DNA of 64,000 nt, from assembly GCA_040220235.1 (NCBI GenBank), contig JAVJTO010000017.1. One strand, written 5' to 3'. Origin of the DNA: Coleofasciculus sp. B1-GNL1-01 (lineage in GTDB: Bacteria; Cyanobacteriota; Cyanobacteriia; Cyanobacteriales; Coleofasciculaceae). Positions 21,232 to 30,832 of this stretch are shown piece by piece (position 1 is the stretch's first letter; every line of letters starts with the position of its first letter). The notes beneath the pieces were generated by a model, which saw nothing but the letters and a program-made list of their open reading frames with translations, did not search any database and had not been told where the DNA came from. Made by a program: the position numbers and the translations under genes.

Positions 21232-22965
21232 ATGAAACTACGCTCGTTTTTTTATGCCTTAGCAGCCAGTGTGGTAATGTTGCTGTTACTCGCTGGCGGT
21301 GGCTGGTTCTGGGTCAGCGCCCACAGTCCCCTAACTCTCTTGCAGGAACAGGAGGTCAAGACTCCCACAGCGGCGATTTTTGTGCCGAAACAAGCCCCCG
21401 CCATGATATCGTTGCTCGTGAATCCAGACCGTTTGGCAGCGTTGCGGCAAGTGTTGGTTCCACCCCAGAAGCGACGAGGTGCGATCGCGGAATTTAAGCA
21501 ACTGGAAAATAGTCTGCTGGCGAATTTGGGGCTGGATTATCAACGGGACATTCAACCCTGGATTGATGATGAACTGACCCTGGCGGTAACGTCGTTAGAT
21601 GTTGACCGGAATCCCGAAAATGCGGCACAACCGGGATATTTACTCGTTTTTACCACCAACGATCCTGAAGCCGCGCAGGAACAGGTTTATTCTCGACTCG
21701 CGATTACCGACCCAGCCGATTTAGTGGTTGAATCCTATAAAGGGGTCAACCTAATTTATCAATCCTCGAATCCCCCAGGGAAAAAGGTTGCAGAGGATAC
21801 AGACTCTCGTTCCATCCCGGATACCTTAACCAGCGCGATTGTGGGCGATCGCTTTGTCCTCTACGCCAATCAGCCTAAGGTCTTGCGGAATGCGATTAAT
21901 ACGGTACAAGTACCTGATTTGAGTTTGGCAGAAAATTTCGATTATCAACAACTGCTGCAAAGTCTGACCGAACCGCGTATTGGATTCAGCGTGGTGAATT
22001 TACCCGCCCTAGCCGCTTGGATTTCCAATCAACCGATTCCTAATCGTGAGTCATTTGAGGCGTCTAAAAGCTTGGCGATTACCTTGTCCCTCACTCGTCA
22101 GGGGTTGTTAGCACAAACGGCGATTCCTCGGTCAAAATCGAGTCCAGAATCGATTACCCCAGTCTTATCCCAGCCTGTTGATGCCCTCCAGTACATTCCC
22201 ACCCAAAGTGCGTTAGCAATTGCTGGGGTGAATTTAAACCAATTTTGGGAACAACTGTCCACCCGACTGGAAACCGATGAGAATCTCAGTAGCTTACTCG
22301 ACCAAGGAATTGCCCAGTTAGAGTCTCGTTGGGGGATTCAATTACCAGAAGAGATTTTCAGTTGGGTGGAACAAGACTATGCCTTATCCCTGTTTCCTCG
22401 ACCGGATCAACCGAATCCCGACTGGATTTTTGTGGCGCAAACGGCTAACAATGATCGGGCAATTGACGCGATTGAGCATTTGGATATCGTCGCCAAACAG
22501 CAGGGACTCAATGTGGGAGAACTCCCGTTTGGCGATCGCACGACGACGGCGTGGACGAAGTTGGTGACAGCGAAAGCGCTGAAGAATCGCCAAGATGGGT
22601 TGTTAAGTCTACAAGCCCAAGTTCGGGGGGTTCACACCACGGTGGGAGACTATGAAGTGTTTGCCACATCCATTGAGGCGATGGACGCCGCCCTTGGGGG
22701 CGTGAAGGATTCACTGGTTCAGAACCTAGACTTTCAGAACGCGATCGCGGCTTTACCGACTCGAAATGATGGGTATCTCTATCTCAACTGGTTAGAGAGC
22801 CAACCCTTAATTGAGCGTCAGCTTCCCATTTTGCGGGTGGTGGAACTCATTGGTCAACCTTTATTTAACCACCTGCGATCGCTAACCATTACCAGTTATG
22901 GTATGAATCAGGATGTTCAACAGAGTCAGTTATTTTTCCAATGGGTTGATCGTTCCTCTGGCTAA
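21232..22965 (+). CDS. DUF3352-like membrane-anchored protein
   Basis: N-terminal TM; FVPKQAP..SLLVNPDRL, DYQRDIQPW; common cyanobacterial neighbour of hrcA/rhodanese. Confidence 0.7.
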   Translation: MKLRSFFYALAASVVMLLLLAGGGWFWVSAHSPLTLLQEQEVKTPTAAIFVPKQAPAMISLLVNPDRLAALRQVLVPPQKRRGAIAEFKQLENSLLANLGLDYQRDIQPWIDDELTLAVTSLDVDRNPENAAQPGYLLVFTTNDPEAAQEQVYSRLAITDPADLVVESYKGVNLIYQSSNPPGKKVAEDTDSRSIPDTLTSAIVGDRFVLYANQPKVLRNAINTVQVPDLSLAENFDYQQLLQSLTEPRIGFSVVNLPALAAWISNQPIPNRESFEASKSLAITLSLTRQGLLAQTAIPRSKSSPESITPVLSQPVDALQYIPTQSALAIAGVNLNQFWEQLSTRLETDENLSSLLDQGIAQLESRWGIQLPEEIFSWVEQDYALSLFPRPDQPNPDWIFVAQTANNDRAIDAIEHLDIVAKQQGLNVGELPFGDRTTTAWTKLVTAKALKNRQDGLLSLQAQVRGVHTTVGDYEVFATSIEAMDAALGGVKDSLVQNLDFQNAIAALPTRNDGYLYLNWLESQPLIERQLPILRVVELIGQPLFNHLRSLTITSYGMNQDVQQSQLFFQWVDRSSG

Positions 22966-23002
22966 AACGAATTAGTCTCGGAATAGAGTTATCATCAACA
23001 AG

Positions 23003-23127
23003 GTAGGGGCGACCCGCTTAGCTTAATTAACAACGCCAGAAACAGGGCGGGTTTACATAAGTTACCAGTTTTTGCTTACATGGTATCGGTAAAACCCGCC
23101 CCTACAGACGGTCGGGTCGCCCTCTAC
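23003..23127. mobile_element. Nested REP-like palindromic elements
   Basis: GTAGGGGCGACCCG...CGGGTCGCCC enclosing a GGGCGGGTTT...AAACCCGCCCCTAC unit (23045-23105). Confidence 0.75.
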
Positions 23128-23190
23128 TAAATTGGGTCGGGTCGCCCTCTTCTCAAACCTTTATATCAGAACGTTTTTCATAGGAAGTTG

Positions 23191-23871
23191 ATGGAACCAA
23201 CAATCCGACCCAGAGTTAAAATTTGCTGCATTAGTAGCATGAACGAAGCCAATTTAGCCATTCGTTATGGCGCTGCTGCCATAGGCTTAGTATCCGAGAT
23301 GCCCAGTGGACCGGGTATGGTGTCTGAAGGCTTGATTGCCCAAGTCACCACTAAAGTCCCTCCGGGTGTCTCATCATTTCTACTCACCAGTAAATTTGAT
23401 ACCTTAGCCATTGTTGCCCAGCAACGACGCCTAGGCGTTAACACGATTCAGATTTGCGATCGCCTACAGTGGGGAAGCCATGATGATTTACGTCAGGCAT
23501 TACCTGGAATTGCCATTGTCCAAGCGATTCATATTACCAGCGAAGCCGCGATCGAGGAAGCGTTAGCCGTTGCGCCCTCTGTTTCTGCATTGATACTCGA
23601 TTCGGGGAATCCCCTGTTACCAGAAAAAGAACTGGGCAGAACCGGGCGAGTTCATGATTGGACGATTAGCCGACGCATCCGGGAATTAGTCAACGTGCCT
23701 GTTTTCTTAGCGGGTGGACTCACTCCAGATAATGTCAAGGATGCGATTCAAGCCGTTCAACCCTTTGGCGTGGATGTCTGTAGTGGGGTTCGCACGAATG
23801 GCAAATTAGATGAGGGTAAACTCTCTGAGTTCTTCAATCAAGTGTATGAAAGTTTAACGCTCTTTGAGTGA
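23191..23871 (+). CDS. trpF: Phosphoribosylanthranilate isomerase family protein
   Basis: RVKICCI, LILDSG, GRTGRVHDW, FLAGGLTPDNV, PFGVDVCSGV. Confidence 0.85.
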   Translation: MEPTIRPRVKICCISSMNEANLAIRYGAAAIGLVSEMPSGPGMVSEGLIAQVTTKVPPGVSSFLLTSKFDTLAIVAQQRRLGVNTIQICDRLQWGSHDDLRQALPGIAIVQAIHITSEAAIEEALAVAPSVSALILDSGNPLLPEKELGRTGRVHDWTISRRIRELVNVPVFLAGGLTPDNVKDAIQAVQPFGVDVCSGVRTNGKLDEGKLSEFFNQVYESLTLFE

Positions 23872-23925
23872 GGCAAAGTAAACACTTGAGGTTAGAATGG
23901 ATTGCAAAGCTTAGAGCCATTGCTT

Positions 23926-24201
23926 ATGCTGCGTACATTTCGGGCTATCCTGAAGGGCAATTTGCTGGAATGGCAGGAGGAAGTCAATCAGGGGCTTCAG
24001 GGCGATTGTCCGGTTCAGGTTCTAGTCACTTTTATCCAGGAAGAACCGCTGATTACAACCCACAGCCGTGGGCAACAAATGGCGGCAGTAGTAGAACAAT
24101 TAGCGCAGACACAGGTATTTTCAGGGATCGATCCTTTAGTATGGCAGCGCCAGAGCAGACAGGATCGTGAACGTCCAGGGGAAGTCAATGATGCTACTTG
24201 A
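23926..24201 (+). CDS. Putative antitoxin upstream of PIN fragment
   Basis: Small ORF (IDPLVWQRQ.RQDR) overlapping the start of a VapC-like N-terminus. Confidence 0.55.
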   Translation: MLRTFRAILKGNLLEWQEEVNQGLQGDCPVQVLVTFIQEEPLITTHSRGQQMAAVVEQLAQTQVFSGIDPLVWQRQSRQDRERPGEVNDAT

Positions 24202-24331
24202 TAGTAACATCATTATTTACGCGACTCGCCCCGAATATGTCTGGTTACGTGAATTCATTACTTTGTTTGTCCTGGTGATCGCGATCGCGTCTTTGAAGAG
24301 GATTTTATTGACGTCATCTTTAACTCACTAA
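24191..24331 (+). pseudogene. Truncated PIN/VapC toxin fragment
   Basis: MLLDSNIIIYA PIN start; similarity appears lost after ~23 codons; stop after 46 aa. Confidence 0.65.
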
Positions 24332-24659
24332 ACGCCAATAGCAAGCTACGTAAGGGTTTGAAGCTTGTATTTACATAAATTAACATAGTTTCATTTATTT
24401 CCATCAACCTACTTACAGTTATTTCAGCCTAAAGATAGGGTATTTTTCACCAGGCATGAGTCTAAGCTGAAGTGTATTCAACGACACGAATTTACCGAAA
24501 AACTATGCCGAGAGCCTCAGTTGAGTAATACATAAAAAAGATTACTCAAAATTATTCACATTTTAGTTTATTCGTCAACCCCTATTACTGGACTGGTGTT
24601 CTGGCAATTATACCAACCCTATATCTCTATATACGGAATAAAAAATAAGGAGCAATTTC

Positions 24660-25436
24660 ATGGCAAACGATCGAGACCAACAGAACAACGTAGAAGTTCT
24701 TGAACAAGGCAACATCTACTTCTGTTACCGACCCAAAGTCGAAGAACATTCTGTCGAAGGACTTGATGATGTGCAGCGGTTCTACATAGTTCTGAAACCT
24801 CACGGAAAGGCATCCTATCGCCTGATTGTAGTCGGACAAAAACAACTACCAGAAGTGAGCCAGCATGGGCAACAAACTTGGGGCTTTGTCGAAAGTGTCA
24901 GTAGTGACGCCAAAAAGATTGAGCAGGGTTTAAGAGAAAAGACCTATCAGACAAAAACCCGAGGCAAACGAGAGCAACCTGCTGCCCGTTCCGTTGGCGA
25001 AGGGGTCTATGATCTGGTGCTTCATAACGATCACACTCATCTTGTCTATGCCCTGGAACTTCCGGAAGAACAAGGTCAGGCGCAGCAGGAACTACGGATC
25101 GAACCGGAAGGAAGTTATATTCTTAATATCAAAAATCCCGATAAACCATCTCCGCAGGGCGCTGGCTTAGGAGAGGAGCAAAAAGTTGACTTCCCGCAAC
25201 ACCTGCAAAAACAGTTTGAAAATCATCGTTTTATTGCCGCCAACCCCCCAGATTTTCTCGATTACAGTGGCGCTGAAATGGTGTTAATTTCAGCCGCCGC
25301 CGATGTTTCTAAAGAACTCGGTATCGAACTCGATCCACAATCAGAAACCGAAAGTACGGCGGAAATTCTGAATGATCTGCGGATGCGTAAGTCACGCCAT
25401 CCCATTGAACCACTTCTAACAGGAGAATGGCGTTAA
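24660..25436 (+). CDS. Hypothetical protein
   Basis: 258-aa ORF with AAGGAG RBS; no domain recognised. Confidence 0.75.
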   Translation: MANDRDQQNNVEVLEQGNIYFCYRPKVEEHSVEGLDDVQRFYIVLKPHGKASYRLIVVGQKQLPEVSQHGQQTWGFVESVSSDAKKIEQGLREKTYQTKTRGKREQPAARSVGEGVYDLVLHNDHTHLVYALELPEEQGQAQQELRIEPEGSYILNIKNPDKPSPQGAGLGEEQKVDFPQHLQKQFENHRFIAANPPDFLDYSGAEMVLISAAADVSKELGIELDPQSETESTAEILNDLRMRKSRHPIEPLLTGEWR

Positions 25437-25635
25437 TTAGAGATGTCAAATCCTTACCGTTCCCCGTTACACACCGAGCGAAGCCGAGGTGTTCCCCGTT
25501 CCCTGTGCCCTGTGTCCTTGTCCTCCAACCCTTACATAAACGTAGCTTGCTTCTCGATGAAAGCGAGTATGACAAATGACAAATGACAAATGACGACCCC
25601 CGCCGTTAACTTTAATTTTGCCCACCTACTTAATA

Positions 25636-26430
25636 ATGACTTTATCTGAAGAAAAACTGCAACGTCAGTACACAATGGTTGATGGTTTGTCCATACACGA
25701 TCGCAGATCGGCAGAGGCGCTACCCGAAGACGCTCCAACTGTGATCCTGATCCATGGACTGGTGGTTTCCAGTCGCTATATGATGCCCACCGCTGAGTTA
25801 CTCGCACCCGTTGCTCATGTCTACGCGCCCGACTTGCCCGGTTATGGTGAAAGTGATAAGCCAGACTATATGCTGGAGTTACCTGAATTAGCCGATATTT
25901 TGTGTAAATGGATGGACGCCGTAGGAATCGAGAAGGCGACAATGCTGGGGAATTCCTTCGGCTGTCAAATTATTGTAGAGTTTGCCATCCGTCATCCTCA
26001 TCGTATCGAACGGGCGGTGCTTCAGGGACCAACAATGAATCGGCACACCCGCACCTTCGGGGAACAGTTGTGGCAATTGATTCTAGACTCACGCTATGAA
26101 GATTCCTCCCAAGCACCGATTCAACTCTACGATTATTGGCAGGCTGGTTTGCTGCGGGCTGTTTGTACGATCCAGATTGCCTTAGCCGATCGCATCGAGG
26201 CAAAGCTTCCCGACGTACAAGTCCCCACCCTGGTTGTGCGCGGTGAAAAAGACCCTCTGGTGCCACCGTATTGGGCAGAGGAAGTCGTGGAACTGTTGCC
26301 CCAAGGTCAATTAGCCGTGATTCCTGGGGGCGGACATACCCTCAATTACAGCGCTCCTGTAGAATTGAGCCGTATAACAAAAGCGTTCCTAGAGGCAACA
26401 AAATCGCATCAGTTGACACAGGAGATCTAA
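25636..26430 (+). CDS. Alpha/beta fold hydrolase
   Basis: LIHGL, APDLPGYGES, GNSFG nucleophile elbow, RGEKD, GGHT. Confidence 0.9.
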   Translation: MTLSEEKLQRQYTMVDGLSIHDRRSAEALPEDAPTVILIHGLVVSSRYMMPTAELLAPVAHVYAPDLPGYGESDKPDYMLELPELADILCKWMDAVGIEKATMLGNSFGCQIIVEFAIRHPHRIERAVLQGPTMNRHTRTFGEQLWQLILDSRYEDSSQAPIQLYDYWQAGLLRAVCTIQIALADRIEAKLPDVQVPTLVVRGEKDPLVPPYWAEEVVELLPQGQLAVIPGGGHTLNYSAPVELSRITKAFLEATKSHQLTQEI

Positions 26431-27906
26431 GTGAATATACCTTTTAACAATCGCATGTTGACTTCTATGTTGGCAATGATGCGAATAGCCCCCCCTTACA
26501 TTGCTGACTTTGACTCCGCCTCAGGGATGCTGCGGGCGACGGCGGCGTATTTACGGGGGGAAGATTTTCCCGGAGTCGGTATCGCACCACCTGTTACAGA
26601 ACCCCTCATCGCCCTAGTGAACCAGTTACCCCGTTCTCTCCAGGAATCGATTTACATTCAGGGTAGTGCAGGTGAAGCCATTGCCGCTGATCAGTTAGGG
26701 AATGTCAGTGCTGATGCTGTGGCTCAATGGATGGTGAGTGAGTATCCCCAGCGTTCCTACCCAGCCGTTGCGATCGGTTCTTCCTGTGGGGCGTTGGTTC
26801 ATCTCTACGCCGCTTTGGACATGCCATGGTTACCCCAAACCTTTCTCATCCCAGTAAAGCATCCAGGGATTGATCCAGACGAGCCAAAAAAGATTTTAGA
26901 GTGGAGTAAACAACCCGCTAGGGATCTACTAGAGGCTAATCCTGATCTCACGTTATATCAGATGCATGATCCGAGTCAGGATCGGCTGACGAGTCAGGGA
27001 ATGAGCTATTTTCGCGTCAAGCGCTTGCGCTTGGGTAAAACGTATGAGCGCTTCTTGGAGAATTCGTTACCCAGAGGCGGGACAATTTTTCTCGTCGAAT
27101 GTCAGCGCACCTTCCCGACAACTCAGATTAGCGATCGCCATATTTTCCAGTTTGGCGCATTAGGTGGTGCAACAGCAGAAGAGTTCCTCCACGGTGGCGA
27201 ACGAGTTGCTCAGTTTCTGGAGAAATACCAGTCACCTCTGCGACAATGGGACGCACCCACTCCAGATCGCGATCGCCCCGAGGCGGAGTGGGGCTTTGAG
27301 CCAAGCCTACGCGAGGATGTGGAGCGTTTTGCCCGTCAGCGAGGGTATCGGGTGCGGCGGATCACGTTTGAGCAACCGGAGGATATGAGTCCCTTTGTGG
27401 CTGAATTTTATCGGTGGTGGTACAAGCAGCGTCAGATTGTTTCCAATCGGTTATTAGTTGAATCCTTTATCCTGCAAGAACCGTTTTGGACGTTGCGAAC
27501 GGGTTCAGTACCGTTTTGGATGAAGTTTAATACGGAAGTGTCTTTCAATTGGCTAAACCAATATTTAGACAGTACAGACGCTTATGATGAGATCTACATG
27601 ATGCTCTTTTCTCATGGAACAGATTCCATCGGTTTGTCTTCGATTGAGGATTGGCGTACTGTTCTCAACCGCGCCCGTTTACGGGGTGAGTTTGTTGGCG
27701 TAGATGAGGACAAATATCCCAGGGATTTTGCCACGTTTATGCACTACTACACCGATTTACCGAAGACGATTCGGGTACGTTACCCACTCCCTGAACCCCT
27801 AGCCCTAGAGAAACTGGATCAATTTATTGGTGAAAGGGGCGATGAGTTTCCCGTGCATTGGAGTGATGATGTGTTAGGCGATGTTCAGGGAGGAAAACGT
27901 TCATAG
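26431..27906 (+). CDS. Hypothetical protein abutting the hydrolase gene
   Basis: 491-aa ORF starts immediately after the hydrolase stop. Confidence 0.75.
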   Translation: MNIPFNNRMLTSMLAMMRIAPPYIADFDSASGMLRATAAYLRGEDFPGVGIAPPVTEPLIALVNQLPRSLQESIYIQGSAGEAIAADQLGNVSADAVAQWMVSEYPQRSYPAVAIGSSCGALVHLYAALDMPWLPQTFLIPVKHPGIDPDEPKKILEWSKQPARDLLEANPDLTLYQMHDPSQDRLTSQGMSYFRVKRLRLGKTYERFLENSLPRGGTIFLVECQRTFPTTQISDRHIFQFGALGGATAEEFLHGGERVAQFLEKYQSPLRQWDAPTPDRDRPEAEWGFEPSLREDVERFARQRGYRVRRITFEQPEDMSPFVAEFYRWWYKQRQIVSNRLLVESFILQEPFWTLRTGSVPFWMKFNTEVSFNWLNQYLDSTDAYDEIYMMLFSHGTDSIGLSSIEDWRTVLNRARLRGEFVGVDEDKYPRDFATFMHYYTDLPKTIRVRYPLPEPLALEKLDQFIGERGDEFPVHWSDDVLGDVQGGKRS

Positions 27907-28147
27907 TTTGTAGTCAGGGCTTTAGCCCTTATTCCCCACGCGATCGCTTATCAGGATGAACCAACCCATCGTGCGATCGCGCAGCATCACCCCAGCCTAG
28001 AGGTGATTCAATTTATGCATATTTTCCCTCAAGTTGAGAGATAGTAGGTATAGTAAGCCAGCAATCGGTACTCTGTAACTTTCCCTTGGGCAAGTCTCCA
28101 GATCCGTTGAATGAGTCTAAATTCCAGCATAACAGGGGTGGGAAAGT

Positions 28148-28276
28148 ATAGCGGTACTAAGACAGGTTAGGACATTCTTTACTGTTACCTGTTACCTGTT
28201 ACCTGTTCCCTGTTCCCTGTTCCCTGTTCCCTCTTGGGATCAACTGATGTCCTAACATATCCTCGTAGTGCTATAA
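28148..28276. mobile_element. MITE-like element with TATAGC/GCTATA ends and internal TGTTACC/TGTTCCC STRR
   Basis: TATAGC...GTTAGGACA...TGTCCTAAC...GCTATA inverted ends. Confidence 0.6.
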
Positions 28277-28331
28277 AAATACAATCCAAAAATGTGGGTG
28301 AAGCGTCAACCCATAATCCAAAATTGTTATC

Positions 28332-30509
28332 ATGTATCACCTTTCTCGCCGTCACTTCTTACAATTTGCTGGCTCAACTTTAGCCACCTTGGGATTAAGC
28401 CAGTGGGATATTATCCAAAAAAGCCATCGCTATGCTAAAGTTCTCGCCCAAGATACTCCACGTAAGTTGGCGCTGTTAGTCGGAATTAATCAGTATCCCA
28501 ATAGCGATCGCTTCGGCAATTTAGCAGGCTGTGTCACAGATGTAGATTTGCAAGAATACCTGCTGATTCACCGTTTTGGTTTCCATCCCCATGATATTAT
28601 CAGCTTAACAAGTGATGAAACTCCGGACAAGCAACCGACTCGCCAGATAATCTTAACTGCGTTTGAAGAACATTTAATTAAACAAGCAAAACCCGGAGAT
28701 GTCGTTGTTTTCCATTTTTCCGGTCATGGTTCCCGATTATACGACCCAAATTCCCTCCAAAACTGCCCCAACCAAATTGTTAATGATGAATTGAATAGCA
28801 CGTTAGTTCCGGCGGATGACGGGCAAAATGGCATTGCACTAGATATTATGGGACGCAGTTTATTTCTGCTGATGTCGGCGTTAAATACTGAAAATGTTAC
28901 GGCAGTACTGGATAGTTGTTACTCTGGGGGTGGCACTCGTGGAAACTTTCGCGTGCGTTCTGTTTCCGGTAAAGAATTTCAACCCAGCCCGGAAGAAATT
29001 GCCTATCAAAAACGCTGGATGGAAATGTTACAACTATCTCCGGAAAAAGTTACTAATCGGCGCTGTCGGGGAGTCGCTAAAGGGATTGTTGTTGCCTCCG
29101 CGCAACGGGATCAAGAAGCTTTAGATGCTTATTTAGGTGGCTTTTATGCGGGGGCGTTTACCTACCTGATGACACAGTATCTCTGGCAGCAAACAGATAC
29201 GGTAGGAAATGCTATTGCCAAGATTGCTCACAACATAAAGTCCCTTTCTCGTCAAGTGCCGTTAGCGGATGGCGATCGCAATCGTCCTATCTACTTTTTT
29301 AACCGACAAGTGCCTCCTGCGGATGCGGTGATTACCCAAGTTAACGGTGACGAGGCAATGTTGTGGCTGGGGGGAGTTGGGAGAGAAAGTTTGGAAGCGT
29401 TTCAGCCGGGTGCTACATTTGCAATGGCAAACGATGGGGGACAGAATTCTGGCAAGGTAGAGTTGGTATCCCGTGACGGTTTGTGGGGGGAAGCGAAGTT
29501 GGTGGAAACCGATGGAGTGACTTCGCTGCAACCGGGAATGCTGCTGCAAGAATACAGTCGCGTCATTCCGGCGAATCTCACTCTCCGCCTCGGTGTCGAT
29601 CCGTCACTTTCGGGTGAGATTAATCTACTACAAAATGCGATCGCGGCTCTGCCTCGGACGGAAATTATTCCCGCACAACCGGGAAATGTTCCCTATCCTG
29701 GCGGCGTGCAATCTATCCTCAGTCGGGTGAGTGTCGATTCTTATCGGGAATTGCAACGGGATGGGGTTGCTAATCTTCCGGCGGTGGGTAGTATTGGTTT
29801 ATTTACCGAAGCCTTTGTCCCCGTACCGCGATCGTTTGGTGAGGTGGGGGAAACGGTTACGGATGCGATCGAACGTCTCGAACCCAAACTAAAATCCTTT
29901 TTAGCTACCTATATTATTAAAAAAACGCTCAATGCAGGGGCTTCTCAACTGAATGTGGAGGTGTCGATGCATTTGGTAGAAAAACCGGAACGGGTACTTG
30001 CTAGAACAACGACAGGGCGAGAGCAAGCCAGTCAAGAGTCAGTGTATCCCAACCGCTTACCCGTACAAAAGCTGTTTCAGTTTCGCGTCACGAACCGGGA
30101 AAGCGAACCCCTGTATCTGACAACGCTGTTGATTGACTCTACGGGTGGGTTAGTGGTAGTGTTTCCTTATCTTTATCCCACGTCTAAGGAAGGGATGCGC
30201 TTAGATCCAGGGCGCACTTTAACGATTGGCGATCCGAAGCAATTGAGGTTACAGGCGAGGGAAAGCGGAACGGCTGAAGCGTTGGTAATTGCTAGCCGCA
30301 CGCCGATGGAAAGGGCGGTTAAAACGTTGGTATCGTTAGCGCAGGAGTTGAATCGGAGTGAGGGGGCGTTGGCGTTGAGGGAACCTGTTGAGGTGGTTGG
30401 GGATTTGTTGGCGGATTTGAGTGAGGAACGCAGTATTGCGGCTGTGAGAGCGAGGCGTATCAGTACGGCGGAGATTGCGACGTTGTCGATTACATTTGAG
30501 GTGAGCTGA
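28332..30509 (+). CDS. Caspase-like peptidase C14 with Tat-type signal and probable C-terminal DUF4384-like domain
   Basis: SRRHFLQ; KLALLVGINQY, HFSGHGS, LDSCYSG catalytic dyad. Confidence 0.9.
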   Translation: MYHLSRRHFLQFAGSTLATLGLSQWDIIQKSHRYAKVLAQDTPRKLALLVGINQYPNSDRFGNLAGCVTDVDLQEYLLIHRFGFHPHDIISLTSDETPDKQPTRQIILTAFEEHLIKQAKPGDVVVFHFSGHGSRLYDPNSLQNCPNQIVNDELNSTLVPADDGQNGIALDIMGRSLFLLMSALNTENVTAVLDSCYSGGGTRGNFRVRSVSGKEFQPSPEEIAYQKRWMEMLQLSPEKVTNRRCRGVAKGIVVASAQRDQEALDAYLGGFYAGAFTYLMTQYLWQQTDTVGNAIAKIAHNIKSLSRQVPLADGDRNRPIYFFNRQVPPADAVITQVNGDEAMLWLGGVGRESLEAFQPGATFAMANDGGQNSGKVELVSRDGLWGEAKLVETDGVTSLQPGMLLQEYSRVIPANLTLRLGVDPSLSGEINLLQNAIAALPRTEIIPAQPGNVPYPGGVQSILSRVSVDSYRELQRDGVANLPAVGSIGLFTEAFVPVPRSFGEVGETVTDAIERLEPKLKSFLATYIIKKTLNAGASQLNVEVSMHLVEKPERVLARTTTGREQASQESVYPNRLPVQKLFQFRVTNRESEPLYLTTLLIDSTGGLVVVFPYLYPTSKEGMRLDPGRTLTIGDPKQLRLQARESGTAEALVIASRTPMERAVKTLVSLAQELNRSEGALALREPVEVVGDLLADLSEERSIAAVRARRISTAEIATLSITFEVS

Positions 30510-30701
30510 GAGGATGTTTGAGAAGTCTAAAATGTCATGCTGAACGGAGCGATAGCGTAGTGAAGCATCTCGAACCGCAACGCTACACAGAGATTCTTCG
30601 CGCTCCACGGAGTTTACCCTCGAACCCTTCACTTCGTTCAAGGGCAAGCTCCGTGAAGGGTTGCGCTTAGAATGACAAGTGACACTTTTCAAACACCCTC
30701 T
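30509..30701. mobile_element. MITE-like element with nested palindromes
   Basis: AGAGGATGTTTGAGAAGT / ACTTTTCAAACACCCTCT imperfect inverted ends; internal GTCATGCTGA...AGAATGAC arms. Confidence 0.65.
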
Positions 30702-30832
30702 GAGCGAGTGTGGAGAGTTCGCATACAACAAGCGTTCATTTCTCGATAAGTTGAGTAATTTTTTGCATAACCTTCTCCGTAGGGGAGATATGTACGAGCA
30801 GTTTGCTAACCCATTAATAGAGAAAGTTGTCT

